DNA of 64,000 nt from Patescibacteria group bacterium (GCA_040390725.1 JAZJXT010000001.1:152586-216585), one strand, 5' to 3'. Positions 17,221-25,774 are shown, counted from the stretch's first letter. The notes: generated from the letters alone by a model not told the origin. A program made the numbers and translations.

Positions 17221-19068
17221 ATGAATATGAGTAAATTTAATAAATTTTATTTAAAAGGACTTATTTTTAGTTTGTCATTTTTAATATCAAGTACGCCGTT
17301 TTTTACATTTGCCGCTTTTCATCCAGGAGATACTTTTAATCCAAATTGTTCACCGGTTGATCCGGATTGTACTGTATTGATGAGTACATCGAGCTGGTCT
17401 GCTGTCAGCGCCAAGCCGACAACTGTCGCAGGTTTTGGTATTACGGATGCATTTACTGGAAATTATTCCGACCTCACAAACAAGCCGACACTTTTTTCCG
17501 GAGATTATAATGACTTAACAAATAGACCGACTTTATTTTCTGGAAATTATTCTGACCTTGTCGGTACGCCTCCTCCAGTATCTGTAACAATTAAAAATAC
17601 TTATGTCGTGGACGATGAAGCCGCACGAGATGCTTTGACCGGTGTTTTGTCGGGAGATGTGGCAGTCCTGACAAATTCAAATACTACATATATTCGCACA
17701 CAAAATGATACTTGGCAGCAACTTTTAACATCGAGTACAAATGCAGTGGATTCTGTAAATGGCAAGACAGGAGTCGTGAGCTTAAATTCGGATGACATAG
17801 CTCAAGGTGCTACTAATAAATATTTCTCTGGAAATTATTCTGATTTAACAAATCTTCCGACTTTATTTTCTGGAGATTATAATGATTTAACAAACAAGCC
17901 TACTTCATTATCATTCGATGGTAATTTCTCAAGCCTTGCCAATAAGCCCACAACACTCGCAGGGTATGGCATAACTGATGGTAATAGTGGCAGTCCTGAT
18001 TGGTCCAGCATAACAGGTAAGCCAAGTTTTGCAACAGTGGCAACCAGCGGTTCGTATTCTGATTTAACAAATAGACCTACTTTATTTTCTGGAGCATATT
18101 CCGACCTCACCGGTAAACCAAGTTTATTTTCAGGAAGCTACACAGATCTCACAAACAAGCCGACATTATTTGATGGTAATTTCTCAAGTTTAACAAACAA
18201 ACCCACAACACTCGCAGGGTATGGCATAACTGATGGTAATAGTGGCAGTCCTGATTGGAGTTCTATTTTAAATAAACCAACGACTCTTTTGGGCTATGGT
18301 ATTACAGATGCATTAAAAACAACAAATAATCTATCTGATTTAATTAGTGCTGGAACGGCTAGAACTAATTTAGGATTAGGAAGTTTGGCCACACAATCAG
18401 GAATTTTTTCCGGCACTTCTTCCGGTACAAATACCGGCGATCAGACTATTACACTTACAGGAAATGTGACGGGTTCAGGCACCGGTTCATTTGCGACGAC
18501 CATTGGGTCAGGAGTAGTTACCAATGCCATGTTGGCTGGAAGTATCGATCTCACTTCAAAAGTTACCGGGAATTTACCGATTACAAATTTGGTTTCAGCT
18601 ACAAACAGAGATGCCAGTCACTTCTTGAGAGGAGATGGTACATGGCAGAGCTCTACGACTACAAGTGTTCCTAATAATGTTAAAAATTCTACTGGTACTG
18701 CAGCTGTTGCACTCGCAACCACTGAATCACAAGTCACCACTGTAGCTATTACTCCCTCTAGTGCTTCTAATAGAATTATGATTACAGGATTTCAACAATT
18801 TGATAAATCCGCGACCACTCCTGTCACGACTGATACAGTGCGAATAGAAAGAGGTGGTACGGCTTGTGCGACTGGTTCTACTCAAGTAGGTGTGGACGCA
18901 GGCGCTAATTCTAAAGGAGCTGCTACTGATAAAAATAATGTAGGATATAGTTTTGTTGATAGTCCGGCTACTACAAGTGCTACGACTTACCGTGTTTGCG
19001 TTGTCGGAAGTGCTGTAAACAGCTCTGCTACTAATTACTCGATAGTTGTTGCTGAAGTAGGGCCATAA
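17221..19068 (+). CDS. Secreted fibre/adhesin built from phage tail-fibre-like repeats
   Basis: Signal peptide; repeats FSG(N/D)Y(S/N)DLTNKPTL, NKPTTLAGYGITD, VDSVNGKTGVV; C-terminal 'VDSPATTSATTYRV'. Confidence 0.7.
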   Translation: MNMSKFNKFYLKGLIFSLSFLISSTPFFTFAAFHPGDTFNPNCSPVDPDCTVLMSTSSWSAVSAKPTTVAGFGITDAFTGNYSDLTNKPTLFSGDYNDLTNRPTLFSGNYSDLVGTPPPVSVTIKNTYVVDDEAARDALTGVLSGDVAVLTNSNTTYIRTQNDTWQQLLTSSTNAVDSVNGKTGVVSLNSDDIAQGATNKYFSGNYSDLTNLPTLFSGDYNDLTNKPTSLSFDGNFSSLANKPTTLAGYGITDGNSGSPDWSSITGKPSFATVATSGSYSDLTNRPTLFSGAYSDLTGKPSLFSGSYTDLTNKPTLFDGNFSSLTNKPTTLAGYGITDGNSGSPDWSSILNKPTTLLGYGITDALKTTNNLSDLISAGTARTNLGLGSLATQSGIFSGTSSGTNTGDQTITLTGNVTGSGTGSFATTIGSGVVTNAMLAGSIDLTSKVTGNLPITNLVSATNRDASHFLRGDGTWQSSTTTSVPNNVKNSTGTAAVALATTESQVTTVAITPSSASNRIMITGFQQFDKSATTPVTTDTVRIERGGTACATGSTQVGVDAGANSKGAATDKNNVGYSFVDSPATTSATTYRVCVVGSAVNSSATNYSIVVAEVGP

Positions 19069-19078
19069 TTCATTGTAA

Positions 19079-19936
19079 ATGAAAAGAAAAATTATTTTTA
19101 TTTTAATAATGTTGTGTATTGTGCCTTGGGTTTCTTTTGCATCTTCGACTGATGGCATTATTGATTCTGATTCGGCACATCATTATGCTTGGAGTGAAAA
19201 TTACGGTTGGTTTAATTTTTTTGCTAATCAAGGTGATATTCATGTTACCGACTCTGTGCTTACCGGAAATATTTGGAATACAAATATAGGTTGGATAAAT
19301 TTGTCGCCAAATAATTCCGGAGTTAGGAATGATGGGGAGGGGAATCTTTCAGGATCTGCTTGGAATACAAATATTGGATGGGTTAATTTTTCAGGAATTA
19401 CTATAGATTCCAATGGATTATTTCATGGATTTTTAACTGTTACAAATGCCGGTAGGATAACTTTTGATTGTGATCATTGCAGTGTCAAAACTGACTGGCG
19501 CCCGGCAAGTGTTCGCAATGTTGTTCAACAGAATAATGTTCAGGCGAATACAGGTGTTAGAAATAGCGGAAATATTCTTGCTAATCAGACTACAAGTCAA
19601 ACTAATTCTACGGATACAAGTCCTGCCTCAACTCCTGAAACTTCCACACCTCCGTCTGTCATGGCACAAGAAATTATTCCTGCCGGTGACATTTCTTTTA
19701 ATGCTCCGACTGCAACTGAATCTATTAAAAATAATGCCCCAGTGGCAGGAAATATCACTTCAGGAATTACTGAAGTATCAGATCAAGCCCCTTCGCTTTT
19801 TGATGTTACTGCAGAGCCAGTTTTACAAATAAAAAAACAATATTCCTTTTCTCCCATTACTATTTCAGTTTTAGCGGGATTATTATTGGCCCTACTTGCT
19901 TTATTGGCCATTAAGAAATTTTCAAATTTTAAATGA
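19079..19936 (+). CDS. Surface protein with 'AW.EN.GWINF'-type repeats and C-terminal TM
   Basis: Signal peptide; YAWSENYGWFNF, IWNTNIGWINL, AWNTNIGWVNF; S/T linker; TM anchor. Confidence 0.65.
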   Translation: MKRKIIFILIMLCIVPWVSFASSTDGIIDSDSAHHYAWSENYGWFNFFANQGDIHVTDSVLTGNIWNTNIGWINLSPNNSGVRNDGEGNLSGSAWNTNIGWVNFSGITIDSNGLFHGFLTVTNAGRITFDCDHCSVKTDWRPASVRNVVQQNNVQANTGVRNSGNILANQTTSQTNSTDTSPASTPETSTPPSVMAQEIIPAGDISFNAPTATESIKNNAPVAGNITSGITEVSDQAPSLFDVTAEPVLQIKKQYSFSPITISVLAGLLLALLALLAIKKFSNFK

Positions 19937-20796
19937 AATCTAAGATAATTTTATTAAATAGTTTCGTGGGTATTTATTTATTTTTTTTGATGATAGGTTT
20001 TATTTTTACTCCGTATGTTGTATCTGCTCAAGAAAGTATAGAAAGGAATGCCACAATAAATGCAGGCAGTAATGGTATCGTGGAAAAGGTGGCAGCAGGA
20101 GAACTCTTGCCTGTTTCTGTTAAATTATCAAATTTTGGAGGAGGCAAAAGTGTAGATGTTTTAATTCAATATGAAATTTTTTCTGACAAGGGAGAGAAAA
20201 TTTATTCTACAAATGAAACCGTGGCAGTAGAGACTACAGCTAACTTTGTTAAAATAATACAAATACCATACGGAACAGCACCGGGGACTTACACAGCCAA
20301 AACTTCTATTATTTACGACGGACAGCTCGTTCCCGCTACTACTCAATTTAATTTTAAAGTTGAGCGAAAAATTCTAGGTTTATTTGAAAGCGCTTTCTTT
20401 TTATACGGAGGTATTACGATTTTTGTAAGTATTTTTATGGTTTTATTTGTGCATCTTTTGACTAGACATAACCGCAAGGTTAGATCTAGTCCGATTGATT
20501 ATTTTGATATTCCCCGCAACGAAAGAACTTTTTATGAAATTTTAAGTGATGTCATAATGGAAATGCGCGAACGTGTAGGTGATAAAGCTATTGATATTGC
20601 AGCAGGTGTCGAGGGACTAAAGATTGATAAAAAATCCGGAAGAGTATTGTCTCTTTCCAGGGATCCTGCGAAAATTATTTCTGACTTAGTTTCAGCTTAT
20701 GAAAAGTTGCTTGGAATAAAAGTTTTGTCTTTGGTGGACCGTACAGGACTCGAACCTGCCACCCCCTCATTGCAAATGAGGTGCTCTACCAGATGA
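19933..20796 (+). CDS. Membrane protein with Ig-like extracellular domain; 3' end runs antisense into tRNA-Ala
   Basis: Signal peptide, beta domain 'IP.GTAPGTYTAK', TM, cytoplasmic tail; last ~21 codons are antisense to tRNA-Ala. Confidence 0.6.
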   Translation: MKSKIILLNSFVGIYLFFLMIGFIFTPYVVSAQESIERNATINAGSNGIVEKVAAGELLPVSVKLSNFGGGKSVDVLIQYEIFSDKGEKIYSTNETVAVETTANFVKIIQIPYGTAPGTYTAKTSIIYDGQLVPATTQFNFKVERKILGLFESAFFLYGGITIFVSIFMVLFVHLLTRHNRKVRSSPIDYFDIPRNERTFYEILSDVIMEMRERVGDKAIDIAAGVEGLKIDKKSGRVLSLSRDPAKIISDLVSAYEKLLGIKVLSLVDRTGLEPATPSLQMRCSTR

Positions 20797-20807
20797 GCTA
20801 ACGGCCC
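20732..20807 (-). tRNA. tRNA-Ala(TGC)
   Basis: GGGCCGT/ACGGTCC acceptor with G3-U70, encoded CCA, anticodon arm CCTCA-TT-TGC-AA-TGAGG. Confidence 0.95.
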
Positions 20808-20854
20808 GTATTATTTTATCAATCAAACTAGCCTATACCCATAGTTGCTCTCAC

Positions 20855-20886
20855 GAGGCGCTACAGATGAGTTAACGGCCCGTATT
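20855..20886 (-). repeat. Degenerate copy of the tRNA-Ala 5' half
   Basis: GAGGCGCTACAGATGAGTTAACGGCCCGTATT versus 20778-20812 GAGGTGCTCTACCAGATGAGCTAACGGCCCGTATT. Confidence 0.8.
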
Positions 20887-20977
20887 GCTTAACTAAAAAA
20901 CCTAACTAACCCATTCTATAACATTTTATTAAAAATGCAAATTTTTATTTTCGAATTTTTGTGTATAATAGACAATT

Positions 20978-22006
20978 ATGCTTTATAAATTTTTTACTAA
21001 TTCAGAAAGAGCCTGGCAGGCAATGCTCGAAGAGGTTAAGCTTGCTGAGCAATCTATTTATTTAGAAATGTACACTTTTGTGGATGATATTAAGGTTTTT
21101 AATTTTTTGAAACTTTTTGAAGAAAAAGCTAAAAAAGGAGTTGGGGTAAAAATAATTTTAGACTCTTTTGGCAGTTCTACTTTGAGTAAAAAAGCAATAT
21201 TAGGATTGCGTTCTTCTGGAGTAGAACTTCTTTTTCATAGTCATTTTTTTCACAAGACTCATCGCAAGATTTTATTAGTGGATGAAAAAACTGCATTTAT
21301 CGGAGGAGTTAATTTACATAAAAGTGCAAAGAGATGGGCAGATTTGGCCGTGCGGGTGCGTGGGGTTTTAGTACAGAGGATTCTCAGGTCTTTTGCTAAA
21401 GCTTATGCTGATTGCGGCGGAGAAGATAAATACTTATTGAGCCTTAGAAAAGAAACAAAATTTTCAAAAGCCAGGACTTGGCTTTTAGAGCATTCTCCGT
21501 TAAAAAATAAATTTTATTTAAAAAAAATTTATAAAAAAGCACTTCATGAAGCTAAGGCGAATTGTATTTTAGTAAGTCCGTATTTTATGCCAAAGCTTTG
21601 GCTCGAGAGGGAATTGCACCAAGCAGTATTGCGCGGAGTAAGGGTGGAGATACTTATGCCAAATATTTCAGATCTTTTTTGGGTAGACAGAGTAAATCAT
21701 TTTTACATGAAAAAGATGGCAGAGTGCGGAGTTGTTTTTTATTTAGGACGTAAAATGAATCATGCCAAAATATTAATAGTTGATGAAAAAGAAGCATTGG
21801 TGGGTTCTAATAATTTAGACATTTTATCTTTTGAATTTAATACCGAAATTGGTATTTTTATAAAAGACGAGAGGGCTGTGGGTCAAGTTTTAGCAATTAT
21901 CAATAATTGGAAAAAAGAGTCTGTATTATTTGATCCTAAAACTTACAAAAGAAAATGGTTTGACTATATTTTATCGCCTATTTTTCGCCTGTTGTTTTTT
22001 TTGTAA
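20978..22006 (+). CDS. Phospholipase D family, cardiolipin synthase-like
   Basis: Two HKD motifs: HRKILLVD...GGVN and HAKILIVD...GSNNLD. Confidence 0.85.
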   Translation: MLYKFFTNSERAWQAMLEEVKLAEQSIYLEMYTFVDDIKVFNFLKLFEEKAKKGVGVKIILDSFGSSTLSKKAILGLRSSGVELLFHSHFFHKTHRKILLVDEKTAFIGGVNLHKSAKRWADLAVRVRGVLVQRILRSFAKAYADCGGEDKYLLSLRKETKFSKARTWLLEHSPLKNKFYLKKIYKKALHEAKANCILVSPYFMPKLWLERELHQAVLRGVRVEILMPNISDLFWVDRVNHFYMKKMAECGVVFYLGRKMNHAKILIVDEKEALVGSNNLDILSFEFNTEIGIFIKDERAVGQVLAIINNWKKESVLFDPKTYKRKWFDYILSPIFRLLFFL

Positions 22007-22083
22007 TTTCTGCTAGACTGGAAGTGTTCTTTAATTAGTAAAGAAACATTCGGGAGTAGCTCAGCGGTAGAGCGATCGCCTGT

Positions 22084-22646
22084 GGAAATTTCCTCCCTCT
22101 GGTATAATGTTCTTATGCCAGACAATAGGAAATATGCTGATAGACGCGAAGCACTTATTAAAGCTGTTGCAAAACGACGCAAGAAAATAAAAGTTCTTGC
22201 TGTCGAGTACAAAGGAGGCAAATGCCAAATTTGTGGATATATGAAATGTATCGGTGCTTTGGAACTTCATCATATTATTCCAAAAGATAAAAGTTTTGGA
22301 GTAGGTGATAAGGGATATACACGTGCATGGAGTATAGTGCAAAAAGAGTTAGATAAGTGTGCGCTTCTTTGTGCAAATTGTCACAGAGAAGTCGAGTCAG
22401 GCATTACGCAGCTTTCTATCGAAAGATAGATCGAAAACGAGGTGAATTCGGGGAAGCCCAAGCTTGTCATGAGCGGGTAATCCCGAGCCAAGCTCCGACG
22501 TAAGTCGGAGAAGGTGTAGAGACTATCCCGTAAGGGAGTAGTGTTCCAAATTTTGGAATCCGAAGCGCCTCGCTTCTAAGTCTTTTGAGTAATCAAAGGA
22601 TATGAAGATGATATAGTCCGTACCATTAGTAATAATGGAATAAACG
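22084..22646 (+). mobile_element. Group I self-splicing intron (563 nt) in the tRNA-Asn anticodon, between positions 35 and 36
   Basis: 5' exon ends in U and intron ends in G; P3 22438-44/22566-72, P4 TTCGGG/CCCGAG, R AAGGTGTAGAGACTA, S GATATAGTCC, P7 GACTA/TAGTC, P9 with GTAA loop. Confidence 0.9.
22115..22429 (+). CDS. Intron-encoded HNH endonuclease (putative homing endonuclease)
   Basis: CxxC...C..ALELHH..P..K...ELDKC.LLCANCHRE zinc-HNH pattern; ATG 6 nt after TGGTATAAT. Confidence 0.85.
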   Translation: MPDNRKYADRREALIKAVAKRRKKIKVLAVEYKGGKCQICGYMKCIGALELHHIIPKDKSFGVGDKGYTRAWSIVQKELDKCALLCANCHREVESGITQLSIER

Positions 22647-22690
22647 TAAGCGATTGGTCGTAGGTTCGATCCCTACCTCCCGAGCCAGTT

Positions 22691-22727
22691 AGCAAAGCAC
22701 CTCCTTAAGGGAGGTGCTTTGCTTTTT
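22691..22727 (+). terminator. Intrinsic terminator after tRNA-Asn
   Basis: AGCAAAGCACCTCC-TTAAG-GGAGGTGCTTTGCT followed by T-tract. Confidence 0.85.
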
Positions 22728-22731
22728 GTAT

Positions 22732-22881
22732 CTCGGGAGAGAAAGCCAACTGCTTGGCTTTCGTGTAGGGAGCGAACAACGGAGCAATAAATTTTCAGTA
22801 GAAAATTTTGTGAGTTGGTGCCCAGACAAAATTTTTTGGCGAAAAAATTTTAGTCGAGGGAGATACCCCTACCTCCCGAGC
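22732..22881. repeat. Multi-hairpin element bounded by antisense and sense copies of the tRNA-Asn 3' end
   Basis: CTCGGGAG..GTAGGGAGCGAAC (reverse complement of tRNA 3' end) and CCCTACCTCCCGAGC (direct copy) enclosing three hairpins. Confidence 0.75.
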
Positions 22882-22959
22882 AATTAAAATAACCTTAATT
22901 TGCAAGGATTATTTATGTATTCTTACGGGGTTTAAAATTTTTATGATATAATTCTTTTT

Positions 22960-23493
22960 ATGATAGAAAATAGCCAGATGAATGATGCAAAGTTTTCTCC
23001 AAAAAGCAACGATGTTGTTTTTACTAAGGGTCAAAAAATAAATGTTGAACTTACTGATGGTTCTTTGAGTGAGCGTACAGTAATAAACGTTCTTAATTCC
23101 CAGAAAGTAGCAGCTGTCATCGGGCTTAAGTTTGATATTAAAACCCCTATACCAGTATTAATTTTAGACAAAAAAATACCGGGAGGTGCTCTTGCGCATT
23201 ACCATCAAAATTTAGATGTTATTTTTGCATATAATGATACAAACCAAAATGTTATGTGTCATGAAATAATTCACTCATTAGCAATAAAGAAGCCTATACC
23301 AGAAGAATTACAAAAGTTTTATGAAAAGGTGCTAGAAGAAATTCCAGATATAACTAATTTACAACCCAACTTTAGACAAAATATCCATGAATTTATTGCT
23401 GATGCGTATTCCAAGGAGGGTTTTATTAATAACCTTAAAAACCATGGGTTATATGAAGAATTTGAAAAACTTACAAAATATATCTTTGAGTAA
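22960..23493 (+). CDS. Hypothetical protein with HExxH zincin-like motif
   Basis: 'VMCHEIIHSL' and downstream 'HEFIADAY'. Confidence 0.55.
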   Translation: MIENSQMNDAKFSPKSNDVVFTKGQKINVELTDGSLSERTVINVLNSQKVAAVIGLKFDIKTPIPVLILDKKIPGGALAHYHQNLDVIFAYNDTNQNVMCHEIIHSLAIKKPIPEELQKFYEKVLEEIPDITNLQPNFRQNIHEFIADAYSKEGFINNLKNHGLYEEFEKLTKYIFE

Positions 23494-23527
23494 TAATCGT
23501 GTGAAAGTTGTGAACACTGTGAATTTT

Positions 23528-23788
23528 ATGTATCACCTATACATTTTAAAATGCGTTGATGAAACTTTATATACTGGAATTACCACAGATTTAAAACGCA
23601 GACTAAATGAGCATAATAGTACAAAACTTGGCGCGAAATATACTTCCTCTAGGAGGCCGGTCAAAATAGTTTATTCTAAAAAATTTAAAAATAGGTCTTC
23701 TGCATCCAAGGAAGAATCTAGAATAAAAAAGTTAAAAAAAGTTGAGAAGTTGGAATTGATTAAAGAAGGCTATAAAAATAATATATAA
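23528..23788 (+). CDS. GIY-YIG nuclease (UPF0213/YhbQ-like)
   Basis: 'YILKC.D.TLYTGITTDLKRRL.EHN...GAKYT..RRPVK.VY...SA.KEE.RIK'. Confidence 0.9.
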   Translation: MYHLYILKCVDETLYTGITTDLKRRLNEHNSTKLGAKYTSSRRPVKIVYSKKFKNRSSASKEESRIKKLKKVEKLELIKEGYKNNI

Positions 23789-23844
23789 ATTTAGGTATTT
23801 TTTGTTATTTTAATGGAAGTTTGAATTTATGCTATAATATAATT

Positions 23845-24252
23845 ATGAAAAAATTAGATTCACAAGAACAGCAAAAAAATACAAACAGTGGGGAAAATAT
23901 TGAAAAAATAAATTCATACATAGATACAAATAAAACTGTTAGTGGTTTAGAAAATAAATATAATATAGTTGGTAGAAAGTATAAAGATATTTTTGGTATT
24001 AAGCAACGTAGCCCATTTGAATACAGAGCTAGATTGAAAAATTATAAAGATACATTAATTAGACTGTCTAAAGATGAGTACAAAACACCAAGTTTAAAAA
24101 CTACGGATCAAAAATCAGCCAAGCATTGCCTCAATATCATTACTGATTTGGAGTTTTTTGCTAAAATACAATTAAATAATGCAGGTATTATTGTTGAAGC
24201 GCCGTTGCTTTCAAAACAAAAATATAAAGAATTATTTAATAGTAAGCAATAA
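23845..24252 (+). CDS. Hypothetical protein
   Basis: ORF with ATG 6 nt after TGCTATAAT. Confidence 0.5.
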   Translation: MKKLDSQEQQKNTNSGENIEKINSYIDTNKTVSGLENKYNIVGRKYKDIFGIKQRSPFEYRARLKNYKDTLIRLSKDEYKTPSLKTTDQKSAKHCLNIITDLEFFAKIQLNNAGIIVEAPLLSKQKYKELFNSKQ

Positions 24253-24271
24253 CCTTTCCTGCTTAAACAAA

Positions 24272-25060
24272 ATGAATCCTGAATTTAAACTTGCAAATGA
24301 AAAGTCGTTTCAGTCTCAAGAAAAACATGAAAAATTCCTGTCTTTTTTTAATTTGAATGAGTACGAACTTGCGGAGTTAAAAGAAAGAATCACTAAAGCA
24401 AAAGGCACCATAAGAATGTTCGTGCATCCATTTTTTGATTCTTTAGAGCCTTTTTCTCCGTTAACAACTCCAAAAAATACATTTTTGGGACCCGGGGCCA
24501 TATTTACACGTCTAATCAATTTATCTGATGACAAGACACCCCCTCAATTTATCCTAGAAGAACATGGATCAACTAAATTAGAAAAAATGACTAAAGGGAT
24601 AGTTAATCAAAAATTGTATATTATAGATACTCAGCCGAGTAGTGGTGTTTTGCACCCAGATGAAGCATTGCCTTCAGAGATAAGTAAGCTTTGTCCAAAA
24701 TTTGAGGGTAATCGTTATTACAGCAATGATAAAGATTATAAATTACAATACAACAAAGAACAAAAAATATATGAACAGAAAGTATTTGATTTTTTGGCTG
24801 AAAAATTAAAAAGCCTCGGGGTAGAAAAGGTGCTCATTGGAGGCATGTATTTATGGATCCATGATTTTAGGCGAGAAAGTCTCGATATCAATAGTGACTT
24901 TTTAGATGGTTGCTTATTTTCTCCTATTAAAAATTTAAGCAAGTATTTACAAGTTGAGCTCTCCAATTTTAATAAAAGTGGTTACAATGAGAGCCAAGGA
25001 AATAAATTTAAAAAAGCATTTGGAAAAAGTGTGGGACCCGAGCAACATATGATACAATAA
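24272..25060 (+). CDS. Hypothetical protein
   Basis: ORF from MNPEFK; no recognised family. Confidence 0.55.
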   Translation: MNPEFKLANEKSFQSQEKHEKFLSFFNLNEYELAELKERITKAKGTIRMFVHPFFDSLEPFSPLTTPKNTFLGPGAIFTRLINLSDDKTPPQFILEEHGSTKLEKMTKGIVNQKLYIIDTQPSSGVLHPDEALPSEISKLCPKFEGNRYYSNDKDYKLQYNKEQKIYEQKVFDFLAEKLKSLGVEKVLIGGMYLWIHDFRRESLDINSDFLDGCLFSPIKNLSKYLQVELSNFNKSGYNESQGNKFKKAFGKSVGPEQHMIQ

Positions 25061-25078
25061 ACAACATCTTAGGGTGGC

Positions 25079-25513
25079 TTATTTCTCCTCCAAAATTCTA
25101 ATTATTTTATCCAATTTTTCGCTGTCTATGCGGGCTAGGTCTTTTTGCAGTTTTTCGATTTCGAGTTTTGCTTTTAGGTTTGTGTTGTAGTCATTTTGGG
25201 CTTGGTGGCGATCACGTTCATTTTGGCGATTTTGCGCCATCATTATGATAGGCGCTGCATAGGCTGCCTGTGTTGAGAAAATTAAGTTAAGTAAAATAAA
25301 AGGGTAGGGGTCCCAGTGGCTGATGTAAGCAACGACATTTAAAATCATCCACAAGATGACTATGATAGTTTGAATAATAATGAAATTCCAAGAGCCCATA
25401 TTGTTGGCTACAGAGTCCGCAATGCGATCACCGAAAGTCTGCGTGCTTTTATATTTTTCATGCCATGTTTTCTTGTCTTCCTGTCCAAGTACTTCTTTTT
25501 TTATTTCTTCCAT
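25079..25513 (-). CDS. DUF1003 family membrane protein
   Basis: 'GDRIAD.VA..MGSW.FII', 'DPYPFILLNLIFSTQAAYAAPIIMMAQNRQ'. Confidence 0.9.
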   Translation of the reverse strand: MEEIKKEVLGQEDKKTWHEKYKSTQTFGDRIADSVANNMGSWNFIIIQTIIVILWMILNVVAYISHWDPYPFILLNLIFSTQAAYAAPIIMMAQNRQNERDRHQAQNDYNTNLKAKLEIEKLQKDLARIDSEKLDKIIRILEEK

Positions 25514-25631
25514 ATGCTTATAGTATATTACTATTGCCCAGAAATGCAAAAGAAAATTATCGTTGTTGAATTATTTATCAAATTAGGGTATACTCATATT
25601 ATCTTATTAATTAACAAACAAAAATAATTTT

Positions 25632-25754
25632 ATGGCAAAAAGAGGAACAACACTTAGCATAAGGCCTAGATCAAGGCATGCAAAAAAGACAAAGAAGCGC
25701 TTGGCTATCAAAGGTGCAATGCTTGCAAAAAAATCTACAAAGAAGAGAGGTTAA
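25632..25754 (+). CDS. Small highly basic protein (40 aa), not in ORF track
   Basis: MAKRGTTLSIRPRSRHAKKTKKRLAIKGAMLAKKSTKKRG*; upstream TATACT box and A-rich leader. Confidence 0.65.
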   Translation: MAKRGTTLSIRPRSRHAKKTKKRLAIKGAMLAKKSTKKRG

Positions 25755-25774
25755 AATAAACAAGCTTTCTTGTT

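Larger units (their letters stand above)
22050..22687 (+). tRNA. tRNA-Asn(GTT), intron-split; exons 22050-22083 and 22647-22687
   Basis: Joined exons give a complete cloverleaf: TCGGGAG/CTCCCGA acceptor, G discriminator, CCA, ATCGC-CT-GT|T-AA-GCGAT anticodon arm. Confidence 0.92.

Noticed and set aside
17440-18310. DNA repeats as a non-coding array or DGR template/variable pair
   Set aside because: Repeats are in-frame protein repeats, I saw no adenine-specific mismatch pattern, and there is no reverse transcriptase in the window
17221-20796. Prophage remnant
   Set aside because: Only tail-fibre-like repeats; the protein has a signal peptide and no capsid, terminase or integrase genes are adjacent
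22050-22087. Reading the 5' exon as a tRNA-His(GTG) or a pseudo-tRNA
   Set aside because: GTG arises only by reading into the intron; the joined exons give GTT with a perfect stem and G discriminator
22082-22114. GTG start at 22082 for the HNH ORF
   Set aside because: It overlaps the tRNA anticodon and splice site; ATG 22115 follows a -10 box like other genes here
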